A DNA stretch of 64,000 nt from Trueperaceae bacterium (GCA_040905465.1 JBBDRK010000054.1:31708-95707), one strand, 5' to 3'. Positions 19,039 through 29,723 are shown, numbered from the stretch's first letter. The notes: a model not told the origin generated them from the letters alone. Translations and numbers: made by a program.

Positions 19039-21816
19039 ATGAAAAAACTTCTGATTACGCTCCTGGCTGCTTTGATCGCCAGCGGTGCCTACGCTCAGTT
19101 TCCGGACATTCCGGATAACCACTGGGCCGCCGACGCCGTTGCCGAGATCACCGAGCTAGGAATCATCATCGGCTTCCCCGACGGGACCTTCCGTGGTAAT
19201 GAGGCGTTCACCCGCTATCAGTCCGCGCTGGTGGTCTCCCGACTGCTCGACGTCATCAACGAAGACCTCGACGCCCGCATGGCCCTGTCCGAAGAGGACC
19301 AGGCTTCTTTGCGCAACGCGTTGCAGGAACTCGCTTCCGACGTTGCCGCCCAGGGAGTCCGTCTCTCCTCGGTGGAGAGCTCGGTCGCCTCGCTGTCAGA
19401 CGACGTCTCCGGCAACACCAGCCGCCTCGACGAACTCGAGAGCATGCTCGGTGATCTCGGTGATACCGATCCCGACGTTGTGCGCGACCTGCTCAACCAG
19501 CTCGCTTCGCAGCGGGTAGCCGTCGACACCGCCCAGGCACAGGCCGAAGCGGCCGAGGCGCTCGCCAACGACGCAAGCGACGCGGCCAACGCCGCGGCTG
19601 CTCGCGCCCGGCAGAACGCCGACGCCATCTCCGCCCTGAACTCTGTTGTCCAGGGACTCGGCGACCGCATCAGCTCCCTGGAGCAGGCTGCCGGTCGTCC
19701 CGCCGCCCCCGGCGCCCCGGGCGTGCCCGCTGGTCTGACCGACCGCGTGTCTCGCAACGAGGCGGACATCGCCAACATTCGCGAGTTCGTTATCCTCCTC
19801 CGTCGTGATCAGGTCGCCCTGCGTGACCGTGTCTCGGCCCTGGAAGCGGAAACCGCTCGCATCGACTCGCTCGAAGAGCGCGTCACCGCGCTCGAAGAGA
19901 ACCCGCTGGGCCTCTCCGGATCGATCAGCGTCGACTACCGCGTAGAGCGGATCATCGGCGAAGCGTTCGACGTCGACCGTGCCTACGGTCTCAACAACGA
20001 CCGTGACATGGGCGCTTCGGTGTTCAGCAGCGGCGCCGTGGACGTTGACGGAGACGACAACACCGACGAGGTCGGTGAAAGGGCACAGGATCGCGCCGAC
20101 ATCACCGGCGAAGATCAGCCCGTCGAAGCGACACTCGACCTGAGCGCCGACTTCGGCAACCTGTTCGACGCCGCCGGCTCGCCCAGCGCCTTGAACCAGT
20201 TCAGCGCCGCGGTCAGCATCGACCTCAAGAAGGCCGTGGGCCTTACCGGCACCGACGGTAACCTGTTCGACGGTTATGTCTTCCACGTCGACGAGTTCAC
20301 CGTTACCTTCGACCCCATCGGCGGCGATCCGCTCACCTTCACCTACGGTGAGGAAGTGTCCGTCGAGTTCACTCCGTACGTCTTCGGCCTGGACGAGCAG
20401 CCCGGCTTCGTCGTTTCGATCGGCACGCCTGACTTCCTGGCGTTCCTCGACCCGACGCTGACCGCCGCTCACACCGGTCAGGACACCGACACCGACGGCG
20501 AGCTCGACTTCTTCAAGTCCGGCGTTCGCCTGACTATGAGCCCGTTCGAAGGCTTCACCCTCGGCGCCTCGTACGCACAGGCCGCCGAGAATGCCGAAGA
20601 CAAGGACGACGTCCTCAACAACAACGTGGACACCACCGTCTACGGCGTCGACGGCTCCGTCAGCCTGAGCATCTTCGACCTGGGCTTCGAGTACGCGACC
20701 GGCACTATCGAAGGGGCCACCCCGGCCACCAAGAACGTGCTGTTCGTCGAGCTCGACGTTGACGCAACCGCTCTGCCGTTGCTCAACGAGCTCAGCGCCA
20801 ACTACCGTGACGTCCCTGGCGCCTGGGGCCCCTACGGCCTCGTCGACGGCAACGACCCGACCTACGATTACGATCAGGCCGGCTTCATGGTTGCCGCGGG
20901 CCTCGGCCTCTTCATCCTCGATGTCGATGCCTACTTCGACTCGTACCGCACGGGCAGCCCGTCCGCTACCGTCAGCGCCTTCGGCGTGGACGTGAGCGCC
21001 GACCTGTTCGCAGGCTTTGCCCTCACCGGCTTCTACCACCAGGCCTCGGTCAACGGTTCTGCCGTCGACTCCACGGCCAGCCCGGTCGACGCTTCCGAAG
21101 CAATGGTTGTCGGCGCTTCGGTCGAGCGCGACGACAACGGCTATGACACCGGCTTCGGTGTTGGGCTCGTTCACGACGGCGCCGGCGAAAACGCGCTCAT
21201 CAGCGGCCTGAACCTCGAGGTGGCCTACAGCCAGCTCGAAGCCGACTTCAGCCGCAGCGAGCTGCTGGCTGCCGCCGACATGGATCTGTCCATCACCATC
21301 CTCAACCTCACCCCGTACGTTTCGTACGAGACCAGCACGGACAGCGACGTCGACGTCACCTCGGTCGACAGCACCGAGATGAAGGTCGGCACCGGCCTGT
21401 CCACCGCACCTCTGGGAGTGTTCTTCTCCCCGAGCCTGGAAGCTGCCGTGAACTACCGTACGGCCAGCTACTCTGACGCCGGCAGCGGCGCTGCCGACTT
21501 CACCGCCACTGAAATGCAGTGGAGCGTCGGACTCGTCCTCAACGAGTTCCTGTTCGACAACAGCAGCCTGACCGCCAAGTACGGCTCCTGGAACGGCACC
21601 AACGTCGGCGCTGGCGATCTCGGTGGCGAAGGTGCCACTGACATCTCCGGCAGCGACACCGCCGGTACCGGTGACCAGTCCGTCAGCGGCTACGAGCTCG
21701 CCTGGACCTACTTCGACCTCGAAGTGGCCTACGGCGTGTACGTTGCGGACGAGGGCGGCGCTGCCGACCCGAGCTCCGGCCAGGTCTTCTCGATCGCTTA
21801 CGCGGTCGACTTCTAA
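19039..21816 (+). CDS. slpA: SlpA/OmpM-type envelope protein (signal peptide, SLH, coiled coil, large beta-barrel)
   Basis: [26 protein letters not shown]; heptad region; beta-rich C-terminus ending YAVDF; strongly biased codons. Confidence 0.9.
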   Translation: MKKLLITLLAALIASGAYAQFPDIPDNHWAADAVAEITELGIIIGFPDGTFRGNEAFTRYQSALVVSRLLDVINEDLDARMALSEEDQASLRNALQELASDVAAQGVRLSSVESSVASLSDDVSGNTSRLDELESMLGDLGDTDPDVVRDLLNQLASQRVAVDTAQAQAEAAEALANDASDAANAAAARARQNADAISALNSVVQGLGDRISSLEQAAGRPAAPGAPGVPAGLTDRVSRNEADIANIREFVILLRRDQVALRDRVSALEAETARIDSLEERVTALEENPLGLSGSISVDYRVERIIGEAFDVDRAYGLNNDRDMGASVFSSGAVDVDGDDNTDEVGERAQDRADITGEDQPVEATLDLSADFGNLFDAAGSPSALNQFSAAVSIDLKKAVGLTGTDGNLFDGYVFHVDEFTVTFDPIGGDPLTFTYGEEVSVEFTPYVFGLDEQPGFVVSIGTPDFLAFLDPTLTAAHTGQDTDTDGELDFFKSGVRLTMSPFEGFTLGASYAQAAENAEDKDDVLNNNVDTTVYGVDGSVSLSIFDLGFEYATGTIEGATPATKNVLFVELDVDATALPLLNELSANYRDVPGAWGPYGLVDGNDPTYDYDQAGFMVAAGLGLFILDVDAYFDSYRTGSPSATVSAFGVDVSADLFAGFALTGFYHQASVNGSAVDSTASPVDASEAMVVGASVERDDNGYDTGFGVGLVHDGAGENALISGLNLEVAYSQLEADFSRSELLAAADMDLSITILNLTPYVSYETSTDSDVDVTSVDSTEMKVGTGLSTAPLGVFFSPSLEAAVNYRTASYSDAGSGAADFTATEMQWSVGLVLNEFLFDNSSLTAKYGSWNGTNVGAGDLGGEGATDISGSDTAGTGDQSVSGYELAWTYFDLEVAYGVYVADEGGAADPSSGQVFSIAYAVDF

Positions 21817-21842
21817 GAAGTCAACCGGTAAACGAAGCAGTT

Positions 21843-21876
21843 GCGAGCCCCGCGAAAGCGGGGCTCGCTCTTCTGT
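21843..21876 (+). terminator. Intrinsic terminator of slpA
   Basis: GCGAGCCCCGC-GAAA-GCGGGGCTCGC followed by TCTTCTGT. Confidence 0.8.
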
Positions 21877-21970
21877 GAGGGCGCCCGGCCGGACGCCCTC
21901 TTGGCGTGGCAAGCGTCTTGCCGGCTGCGGCATACGCTGTCGGTTGCGGGTCCGGCCGCACTGGGCAGCG

Positions 21971-22843
21971 CTAGGCGATCACCCGTAGCGACGCCGGTTG
22001 CAGCTCGACGTCGATCCGGTCGGCCGGAGGCTGCAGCTCGCCCTCCAGGTGGGCGGGCCGTGGCACGCTCCAGATGATCGAAAGTTCCCGGCCGCGCAAA
22101 AGCCGCACGCCCGGCCGGTTCAGATGGGTGCCGGCCAGTACCCGCGGAAGTATTCCGAGTGCACCCAGGCGGCCGAAATCCCCGGCGATCACGATGTCGA
22201 GCAGGCCGTCGTCGAGGCAGGCTTCGGGGGCCAACGGAAACGAACCGCCGCTGCGCGGGCCGTTCTGGGCGGATACCAGCAACGTCGGTCCGGTGTGCAC
22301 CAGCGCCCCGTCGACGGTTATCTCCGCCGGCACACTCGCCAGACGCGCCAGCGCGCGGAATATGCCGTACAGATAGGCGTTTCGCTCGCGCAGCGGCCAG
22401 GGCGCCCGCAACGCGGCCACCGCGACTTCGGCGTCGAAACCGGTACCGGCGGCGTTGACGAACCGCATGCCGTTGGCCAGCCCGGTGTCCACGAGCCGGG
22501 CGCGGCCGAACAGGACACGGTCAACGGCGGCCTCCAGGTCGTACCTGGCGATTCCCAGGGCGTGGGCGAAGTCGTCACCCGATCCGGCCGGAAGTACCCC
22601 CAGCGTTCGGCCGGTAGCGGTGCAGGCAGCTGCCACCTCCTGTACCGTCCCATCGCCGCCGAGCGCAATGACGGTGGTGTCCTCGGGCAGGGACTCGGTG
22701 TACCGCGTGGCGTCGCCCGGTGCAGCGGTGATGAATTCGTGCGCTTGCCGTCCCGCCGCTTCGAAGCGTGAGCGCACCCGGGCGAGCGCGTCTCTGACCC
22801 GGCCTTTGCCGGCTACCGGGTTAAATATCACGTGATAGGTCAC
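21971..22843 (-). CDS. Diacylglycerol kinase family lipid kinase (YegS/BmrU-like)
   Basis: NPVAGKG, GGDGT, LPAGSGDDFA and GFDA motifs. Confidence 0.9.
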   Translation of the reverse strand: MTYHVIFNPVAGKGRVRDALARVRSRFEAAGRQAHEFITAAPGDATRYTESLPEDTTVIALGGDGTVQEVAAACTATGRTLGVLPAGSGDDFAHALGIARYDLEAAVDRVLFGRARLVDTGLANGMRFVNAAGTGFDAEVAVAALRAPWPLRERNAYLYGIFRALARLASVPAEITVDGALVHTGPTLLVSAQNGPRSGGSFPLAPEACLDDGLLDIVIAGDFGRLGALGILPRVLAGTHLNRPGVRLLRGRELSIIWSVPRPAHLEGELQPPADRIDVELQPASLRVIA

Positions 22844-22916
22844 TTCCAGAGATTGTAGCCCTCATACCTGCGACCATCTTCTCGGTCTGGCGCCACCGCT
22901 GCGTTACGCTTGCACC

Positions 22917-23414
22917 ATGGAAACCGGAGAGCACGTACTGATGGCCATCCACAAGACTCTCACAGCCCAGAAGAGGCTGGCGGAACGGGCGCTCGAGCAG
23001 CTCGACAGCGCTGACTTTCATTGGACGCCCGACAGCGAGTCGAACAGTATCGCGATCATAGTCAAGCACGTGGCCGGCAACATGCGCTCGCGCTGGACGG
23101 ACTTTCTCACCAGCGATGGCGAAAAGCCCGACCGCAACCGCGACGGCGAGTTCATCGACGATCTCGGCTCTGCCGAGCAGGTCCTGGCAGTTTGGGAGGA
23201 GGGCTGGGAGCGGCTCTTCGACACGCTGGCGACGTTGACGCCCGAGCAGTTGCAGCGCACGGTGACGGTGGTAGGCCGCGAGCACACGGTTACCGAGGCC
23301 CTACTGGGCCAGCTCGGCCACTACGCCCAGCACGTCGGTCAGATCGTCTACCTGGCAAAGCTGCGTCTGGGCGAGCGCTGGCAGACGGTGTCGATTCCCA
23401 GGCGGCGGGCTTAA
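22917..23414 (+). CDS. DUF1572/DinB family protein
   Basis: NSIAIIVKHVAGNMRSRWTDF...HYAQHVGQI. Confidence 0.88.
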   Translation: METGEHVLMAIHKTLTAQKRLAERALEQLDSADFHWTPDSESNSIAIIVKHVAGNMRSRWTDFLTSDGEKPDRNRDGEFIDDLGSAEQVLAVWEEGWERLFDTLATLTPEQLQRTVTVVGREHTVTEALLGQLGHYAQHVGQIVYLAKLRLGERWQTVSIPRRRA

Positions 23415-23450
23415 TTCGGCCAGGGTGCGACCGGCGTTACAATCGGTGTC

Positions 23451-24119
23451 ATGACCGATCCGCGGGAACTGTTCCGGCTAGGCGGCATTCCGTCCGAGCT
23501 CGCCGAACTCTTGCAGGTAGAGTACGTCTGGCAGGTGCTCGAGCGACTCGACAGGTTCGGCCCGAGCATCGGTCACGAGCTTCGCGGCAACGTCCACCCG
23601 ACAGCGATAGTGAACGGAGCGGCGTACGTGGCCGAGGACGCCGAGATAGGGCCGTACGCATTGATCGACGGCCCGGCCTGGATCGGACCGGGCGCGTTCG
23701 TGGGCCACGCTGCGTTCGTACGCGGCCCGGTAGTGCTCATGGCCGGGGCCAGAGTGGGGCACGCCAGCGAGGTGAAGCGCTCGGTCCTATTGCCCGGCGC
23801 CCGGGCACCACACTTCAACTACGTCGGCGACAGCGTCCTGGGGCATGCCGTGAACCTCGGCGCCGGCGTGAAGATAGCTAACTTCAAGACGTTCGGCGAC
23901 GCAATTCGCATGGACGGCCAGGAGACCGGGCTGCGCAAGTTGGGCGCCGCCGTGGGCGACGACGTATCCATCGGCTGCAACGCGGTGCTCTCGCCGGGCA
24001 CGATCGTCGGTCCGCGCAGCGTGATCTACAACGGCGCGTTGGTTCGCGGAACGATCCCGCCCGCCACTGTCGTAAAGGCGCGCCTGGAACACGAACAGGT
24101 TCCGCTCGATGGTGACTGA
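23451..24119 (+). CDS. Left-handed beta-helix acyltransferase (GlmU C-terminal-like)
   Basis: Hexapeptide repeats; PHFNYVGDS..G..VNLGAG; RKLGA..GD. Confidence 0.8.
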   Translation: MTDPRELFRLGGIPSELAELLQVEYVWQVLERLDRFGPSIGHELRGNVHPTAIVNGAAYVAEDAEIGPYALIDGPAWIGPGAFVGHAAFVRGPVVLMAGARVGHASEVKRSVLLPGARAPHFNYVGDSVLGHAVNLGAGVKIANFKTFGDAIRMDGQETGLRKLGAAVGDDVSIGCNAVLSPGTIVGPRSVIYNGALVRGTIPPATVVKARLEHEQVPLDGD

Positions 24120-24222
24120 AGTGGATGCGCCGGCTGCCCCGGCCTCCTGCCGCCGGCCGTTACTGCGAGGCGCCGATCCCCTGGGACTCGACGAACAGGA
24201 GCGGGCTACCGGGTTCTGTGTC

Positions 24223-24753
24223 TCAGGTGGCGGGCTCGAGCAGCCCGTAGTTGCCGTCGTGCCGAAGGTAGATCACGTTGATCTCCTCCGTCTCGAGGTT
24301 GCGAAACATGAAGAAGCTGTGGCCGAGGGCCTCCATCTGCACGGCGGCGTCCTCGGGCGCCATCGGTCGCAGCACATGGCGTTTGACCCGTACGATAGCC
24401 GGCCCGTCCGGTTCCGGTTCGGGCAGCGGCGGTAACGGCGGCTCCTCGCTGCGCTTGGCCTGGAACTTGCCCTTGAAGCGCTTGAGCTGGCGCTCGAGCT
24501 TGTCGATGACCTTGTCGACCGCCGCGTAGCTGTCCAGGCCCCGCTCCTCGGCCCTGATCAAGCCGTTCGGGACGCGAACCTGCACCTCGACGCGAGCAGG
24601 ATCCTCGACCCCGTCACCTCCGTACGACATCACCACGCGGGCGTCCATAATCTGGTCCGAGAAGCGCTCCAGCTTGCTGAGCTTGTCCTCGGCGTATGTG
24701 CGCATCGCGTCGGTGATCTCGAGGTTGCGACCGATCAGCTCGTAGATGTTCAT
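24223..24753 (-). CDS. hpf: Long ribosome hibernation promoting factor
   Basis: GRNLEIT, YAAVD..KLERQL and IYLRHDGNYGL motifs; AAGGAG SD. Confidence 0.92.
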   Translation of the reverse strand: MNIYELIGRNLEITDAMRTYAEDKLSKLERFSDQIMDARVVMSYGGDGVEDPARVEVQVRVPNGLIRAEERGLDSYAAVDKVIDKLERQLKRFKGKFQAKRSEEPPLPPLPEPEPDGPAIVRVKRHVLRPMAPEDAAVQMEALGHSFFMFRNLETEEINVIYLRHDGNYGLLEPAT

Positions 24754-24887
24754 GTCGCTCCTTCCGAGAAGGCCCGCTGCCTCCCCAAGCCCGCCAGATT
24801 TGGACGTAAGTCTATCACCTGGTCCGCTCGGGGTTCGGCGCGTTCGAAAGGCGGCAGGCAGGCCCACAGATGGGCAGCCGCACCCGC

Positions 24888-25136
24888 TCAGGACGCTTCG
24901 GCGTTGCTCAGCGGCAGGTTGGCGACGAAGACCATTCGGTCGCCCTGCTGCTCCACCTTCACGTCGTAATCGGTTTCGCTTGCCGGGAAGTAACGGCCGA
25001 TCACTTCGAGCAGCTCGTTCTTGAGATCCTCTATCCGCCCCGGGCTGAGATTGGCTCGGTCGTAGGACAGCACCAGCTTCAGCCGTTCCTTGAGCTCGTC
25101 CTTGCTCTTGCGGCGACCGAACAGTCGGAACATCAT
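24888..25136 (-). CDS. minE: Cell division topological specificity factor
   Basis: KERLKLVLSYDR motif; overlaps minD stop. Confidence 0.93.
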   Translation of the reverse strand: MMFRLFGRRKSKDELKERLKLVLSYDRANLSPGRIEDLKNELLEVIGRYFPASETDYDVKVEQQGDRMVFVANLPLSNAEAS

Positions 25137-25942
25137 GAGCCTCCGAAGAGCCGGCGAAGGCCGGAGAAGAGACCGGCGTTCTGCTCCATTGCCGCGAACG
25201 GAATCTCCTCGCCGTTCAACCGGCGGGCGATCTGGCGAAAGGCGTTGCCGGCGCCGTTCTTGGAGCTCTCGTCGAGACTGGCTGGACTGCCGATGTTGGT
25301 CGATACCAGGACGCGTTCATCTTCGGGGACTATCCCGATCAGCTTTACACCGAGTATCTCCAGGACATCATCGACCTCGAGCATGTCTCCGCGCTTCACC
25401 ATTTCGGGGCGCAGCCGGTTCACCACCAGCCGTACCTCGGTAATCTCCCGCGCCTCGAGCAGGCCGATGATCCGGTCTGCATCGCGCACGCTCGACACCT
25501 CCGGGTTCACCACCACCAGCGCGCCTTCGGCTGCTCCGGCGGCCGTCTGGAAGCCCGATTCGATGCCGGCGGGAGAATCGATCAGGATCCGGTCGAATTC
25601 CTCCTCCTCGAGGAGGCGCTTGACAGTGTCCTGCATCAGCTCGACCGACAGCGCGCTCTTGTCGCGGGTCTGAGAAGCAGCCAGAAGGTGGAGGTTGGGT
25701 GTGCGCTTGTCGCGGATGAGCGCCTGCTTGAGCTTGCAACGACCCTCGAAGACATCGATGAGATCGTAGACTACGCGCCCTTCGAGGCCCATGACCACAT
25801 CGAGGTTGCGCAGACCGACGTCGGTGTCGATGACCACTACCTTCTCGCCCAGGTTGGCGAGAGCGGCACCTACGTTGGCGGTGGTGGTCGTCTTGCCGAC
25901 TCCTCCTTTGCCTGACGTCACCACAATGGCTTTGGCTTTCAC
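25133..25942 (-). CDS. minD: Septum site-determining ATPase
   Basis: SGKGGVGKTT, GLRNLD, DSPAG; C-terminal amphipathic helix. Confidence 0.96.
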   Translation of the reverse strand: MKAKAIVVTSGKGGVGKTTTTANVGAALANLGEKVVVIDTDVGLRNLDVVMGLEGRVVYDLIDVFEGRCKLKQALIRDKRTPNLHLLAASQTRDKSALSVELMQDTVKRLLEEEEFDRILIDSPAGIESGFQTAAGAAEGALVVVNPEVSSVRDADRIIGLLEAREITEVRLVVNRLRPEMVKRGDMLEVDDVLEILGVKLIGIVPEDERVLVSTNIGSPASLDESSKNGAGNAFRQIARRLNGEEIPFAAMEQNAGLFSGLRRLFGGS

Positions 25943-26103
25943 TGTTCGGGCCTCCTAAGATCGGCGCTTGGGATGCGCGAGTTGCATTGTTGGAACACGA
26001 CGGCAGGTGGTTGTCAACGCAGCACTATAACATTGTTGCCGGCGCTACCAACGGCCCTACCGGCCGCCTGCGTGGCGGGCGAAAATGCGTCGCAGACACG
26101 ACA

Positions 26104-28374
26104 TTACGCCAGGCTGAGATTGGCATAGCGCACCAACAGCCGCTTGGGTCCCGCCTTGTCGAAAATAACGGTAATCTCCGCCCGGACCCCTTCACCCGAG
26201 ACCCCTACGACAGTACCGCTGCCGAACTTCGGATGGCTCACCTTCTCGCCACCGCGGAAGCTGATCTCGCTCGATCTGACACCGTTTTCGGCTACTCCGC
26301 CTTCGGTGCCCGCCAGGCTGGGCGGTTGCCAAAGCTGCCGCGAGAACTTGCTGAGCTGGGCCACCTCGTTCAGCTCCTGGCCCAGCAGGTCGATCTCGCA
26401 CAGCATCCCCTTTGGCACGTCCTGGAGGAAGCGGCTGGGGCGCGCCATGTCGGTACGACCGAACGACATTCGCGACTCGCAGTGCACCAGGAACAGCTCC
26501 TCCTGGGCCCGCGTGATGCCCACGTAGAGAAGCCGACGCTCCTCTTCGAGTTCGTGGAGGCTGGCCGTCGAGGACCGGTGCGGAATGAGGTTCTCCTCGA
26601 GACCCACCAGGAACACTACCGGGAACTCCAGGCCCTTGGCGTTGTGGAGGGTCATGAGCGTCACAGCTTCGTCCGGTACGTCGTCGTTCACCGCCTTTAC
26701 CGCCCGGTCGTCCAGGCTGGCCATCAGCGATGCTTCGTCGAGGAACTGGCCGATTGAGCCGCCGCCATCCTCCTCCTGCCACTCGATCACCGCGTTGAGC
26801 AGCTCTTCCAGGTTCTCCAGCCGCCCTTGGGAGTCGAACGAACCCTCGTCCTTGAGAGCCTGCATGTAGCCGCTCTGGTCCATCACCGCCTTGAGGAACT
26901 GGGCGGCGCCCAAGGTGTCGGCCGCCTCGGTCAGGTCGGTCATCAGCTCCATGAATTCGTCGATGCGCCTGACCGCCGGAGTGCCGGGCAGGATTTCGTC
27001 TACTTTGCGCAGCGCGTCGACGAACCGCATCGTGTTGCCGGCGGCCCAGGATGTCAGCTTCTCCTCGCTGGTCTTGCCGATGCCGCGCTTGGGTCGGTTG
27101 AGGATCCGCTTCCAGGCGATGTCGTCAGACGCGTTGAGCGCCGCCCTGGCATAGGAGAGGATGTCCTTGACCTCACGCCGCTCGTAGAACCCTACTCCAC
27201 CGACGATCTTGGCGGGAATCGACGCGCGCCGCATCGCCTCCTCGAGCACGCGGGACTGCGAGTTGGTGCGGTAGAGCACGGCGAAATCGTTCGGGCTCAG
27301 CTTCCGTTCGGCCATCAACCGCTCCACCGTGCGGGCCACGAAGTCGGACTCGCTGCGGTGGTCGGTGGCGCGGTAGATCCGTACCTTCTCGCCGGCGCCC
27401 TTGACCGGCTTCAGATCCTTTTCCAGTCGCCCCTGATTGTGGAGGATGAGGGCGTTGGCCAGCTCGAGCACCGAGCCGATCGAGCGGTAGTTGAGCTCCA
27501 GTTGGTAGACGGTGGCTTCGGGATAGTCCTTCTGGAAGTCGAGGATATTGCGTATGTCCGCACCCCGAAACGAGTAGACCGACTGGTCGGGATCCCCCAC
27601 CACCATCAGGTTCCGGTCGGCCGCCCCGGCGAGCTGCGAGGTCAGCTTGTACTGAACCGCGTTGGTGTCCTGGTATTCGTCGACGTGCACGAACAGGGCG
27701 CGTTGCCGAACGAGATCCAGCACCTCTGGGCGGGTCTCGAAGAGCTCGACGGTGCGACCGAGTATGTCGTTGAAGTCGACGGCGTTGGCCTGGCGCAGGC
27801 GCGACTGGTAGCGGCCGTACGCCTCGGAAACGAGGTTGAGTTGCATTCCGGCCACCATGCTGCCGAACAGGCGCTCGCCCTCGCTTTCCAGCCCTTCCGG
27901 GCTCAGCAGGTTCGACTTCGCGCGATCGATCAGCGAACGCAACACCCTCGGGTTGGCGTCCGCCATGCCCTGCACGCTCGCCAGGATCTCCTTGAGCACC
28001 TCGAGCTGGTCGGTGTCGTCGTAGATGGCGAAACCGTTCCGCAATCCGATCAGTTCGCCGTAGGTGCGCAGCACCCGCAGGCAGGCCGAGTGAAAGGTGG
28101 CTACCCACAGGTCACGGGCGCTGGGACCTATCAGCTCGACCACCCGCTCGCGGAGTTCGCCCGCGGCCTTGTTGGTGAAGGTTACCGCCAGGATCTGCTG
28201 CGGCAGCACGCCGCGCTCTTCCATCAGATAAGCGACGCGCTGCACAATGGTGCGCGTCTTGCCGGAACCGGCGCCGGCCACGACCAGCGCCGGGCCTTCG
28301 AAATGCAGCACCGCGGCGCGCTGCTGGTCGTTCAGTTTCTCGAGTAGGGGATGATCGGGGATAGCTTCGGACAC
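26104..28374 (-). CDS. pcrA: PcrA/UvrD ATP-dependent DNA helicase
   Basis: AGAGSGKT, DEYQD, NYRS, HNAKGLEF and EERRLLYVGITRA motifs; C-terminal Tudor-like domain. Confidence 0.93.
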   Translation of the reverse strand: MSEAIPDHPLLEKLNDQQRAAVLHFEGPALVVAGAGSGKTRTIVQRVAYLMEERGVLPQQILAVTFTNKAAGELRERVVELIGPSARDLWVATFHSACLRVLRTYGELIGLRNGFAIYDDTDQLEVLKEILASVQGMADANPRVLRSLIDRAKSNLLSPEGLESEGERLFGSMVAGMQLNLVSEAYGRYQSRLRQANAVDFNDILGRTVELFETRPEVLDLVRQRALFVHVDEYQDTNAVQYKLTSQLAGAADRNLMVVGDPDQSVYSFRGADIRNILDFQKDYPEATVYQLELNYRSIGSVLELANALILHNQGRLEKDLKPVKGAGEKVRIYRATDHRSESDFVARTVERLMAERKLSPNDFAVLYRTNSQSRVLEEAMRRASIPAKIVGGVGFYERREVKDILSYARAALNASDDIAWKRILNRPKRGIGKTSEEKLTSWAAGNTMRFVDALRKVDEILPGTPAVRRIDEFMELMTDLTEAADTLGAAQFLKAVMDQSGYMQALKDEGSFDSQGRLENLEELLNAVIEWQEEDGGGSIGQFLDEASLMASLDDRAVKAVNDDVPDEAVTLMTLHNAKGLEFPVVFLVGLEENLIPHRSSTASLHELEEERRLLYVGITRAQEELFLVHCESRMSFGRTDMARPSRFLQDVPKGMLCEIDLLGQELNEVAQLSKFSRQLWQPPSLAGTEGGVAENGVRSSEISFRGGEKVSHPKFGSGTVVGVSGEGVRAEITVIFDKAGPKRLLVRYANLSLA

Positions 28375-28604
28375 GGCGGGTCATCATACCGCCTGTTTCC
28401 CGGACGGCCGGCTGTCCCCGAACCAACTCCGGCAGAGGTCCGACATCATAGTCCCAGGCGAAGTGAGCGGCTGCATTTGGCCGGCCGGTCGCTTGCATCT
28501 CGGGCGTGAATGTCTTACAGAAACCGTTTTCACCAAAACTTTGAGGTATATTCAGATGTTCCGGACAATGATATAGCAAACCCGAGGACAGTTTAGGGGA
28601 ACAC

Positions 28605-29723
28605 ATGAATCGATATGCACTTTTGTCTAACTACTTCTTAAGCCCCGTATGGCCCATACTATTAGTATTGGTTCTGGTCGGCTGCGGCGTCAGCGGAACG
28701 GACACCGATGGAACGAACACGGACGTCAGCGCTCCAGCGGTAGCTTCGACGAGTCCGGTTGGAGGCAGTTCCGGGGTGGCAACCAACAGCCAGGTCGTTG
28801 CCACCTTCGATGAAAAGCTGGACGCCACTACGCTCACGTCGGTCACTTTCACCTTGACGGGACCGGGCACGACGGCGGTTGCGGGCACGGTCAGCCACGA
28901 CACCAGCATCACGACGGCCGTCTTTACGCCCGCCAGCGGGCTCGAGGCCGACACACTTTACACTGCTACTCTGGCGACCGGCATCGAGGATGCCGCGGGC
29001 AACGCCCTGAGCAACGCCTTCGCGTGGACATTTACCACCGATCTGGTGGCCGCTGTCGGCGAGCCGGTATTCCTCGGCACGGCTGGCGACTTCGTGATCC
29101 TGGCGAAGACGGCGATCTCGACCACCGGAACCACGGCTATCGTCGGAGATGTCGGACTGAGCCCTGCCGCGCAGAGCTACATCACCGGCTTTTCCGAGAC
29201 ACTTGACGCCTCGAACGAATTCGCGACGTCTGCCATCGTCACCGGGAAGATCTACGCCGCCGACATGGCGACCCCTACACCGGCCAAGATGACAAGCGCC
29301 ATCGGTGACATGGAAACCGCCTACACCGACGCCGCAGGGAGAACCTCGCCAGACTTCACCGAGGTCGGTGCCGGCGACATCAGCGGCATGACCCTCACTC
29401 CGGGACTCTACAAGTGGGGCACCGGGGTTTCGGTCAATAGCGACGTCACACTGAACGGCGGCTCGAACGACGTCTGGATCTTTCAGATTGCGGAAGACCT
29501 CACGGTCGCGAGCGGCGTCCAGGTGACCCTGGCGGGCGGAGCCCTGCCGGAGAACATATTCTGGCAGGTCGCAGGCCAGGCGACGCTCGGAACGACGGCG
29601 GCCTTCAACGGGATCGTCCTGAGCAAGACGCAGGTCGTACTCGACACCGGCGCAACGGCAAGCGGCAGGCTGCTGGCGCAGACCGCGGTCACCCTGGACG
29701 CCAACGCCGTGACCGCCCCGTAG
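28605..29723 (+). CDS. Ice-binding lipoprotein: lipobox, Ig-like (Big_5) domain, DUF3494
   Basis: LVGC lipobox; AGDFVILAKTAIS, AYTDAAGR, TLTPGLYKW, NIFWQVAG and GRLLAQTAVTLD motifs. Confidence 0.9.
   Translation: MNRYALLSNYFLSPVWPILLVLVLVGCGVSGTDTDGTNTDVSAPAVASTSPVGGSSGVATNSQVVATFDEKLDATTLTSVTFTLTGPGTTAVAGTVSHDTSITTAVFTPASGLEADTLYTATLATGIEDAAGNALSNAFAWTFTTDLVAAVGEPVFLGTAGDFVILAKTAISTTGTTAIVGDVGLSPAAQSYITGFSETLDASNEFATSAIVTGKIYAADMATPTPAKMTSAIGDMETAYTDAAGRTSPDFTEVGAGDISGMTLTPGLYKWGTGVSVNSDVTLNGGSNDVWIFQIAEDLTVASGVQVTLAGGALPENIFWQVAGQATLGTTAAFNGIVLSKTQVVLDTGATASGRLLAQTAVTLDANAVTAP

Noticed and set aside
19396-21933. 845-aa antisense ORF to slpA and other long shadow ORFs (e.g. 26827-28347, 55022-56551)
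   Set aside because: Expected by-product of high-GC codon bias opposite well-supported genes
24888-25942. minDE without minC
   Set aside because: A separately located minC is common; not informative from one window
28506-28522. Possible RDRM (DdrO) site upstream of pcrA/uvrD
   Set aside because: Only the right half (ACAGAA) fits; none seen upstream of uvrA either
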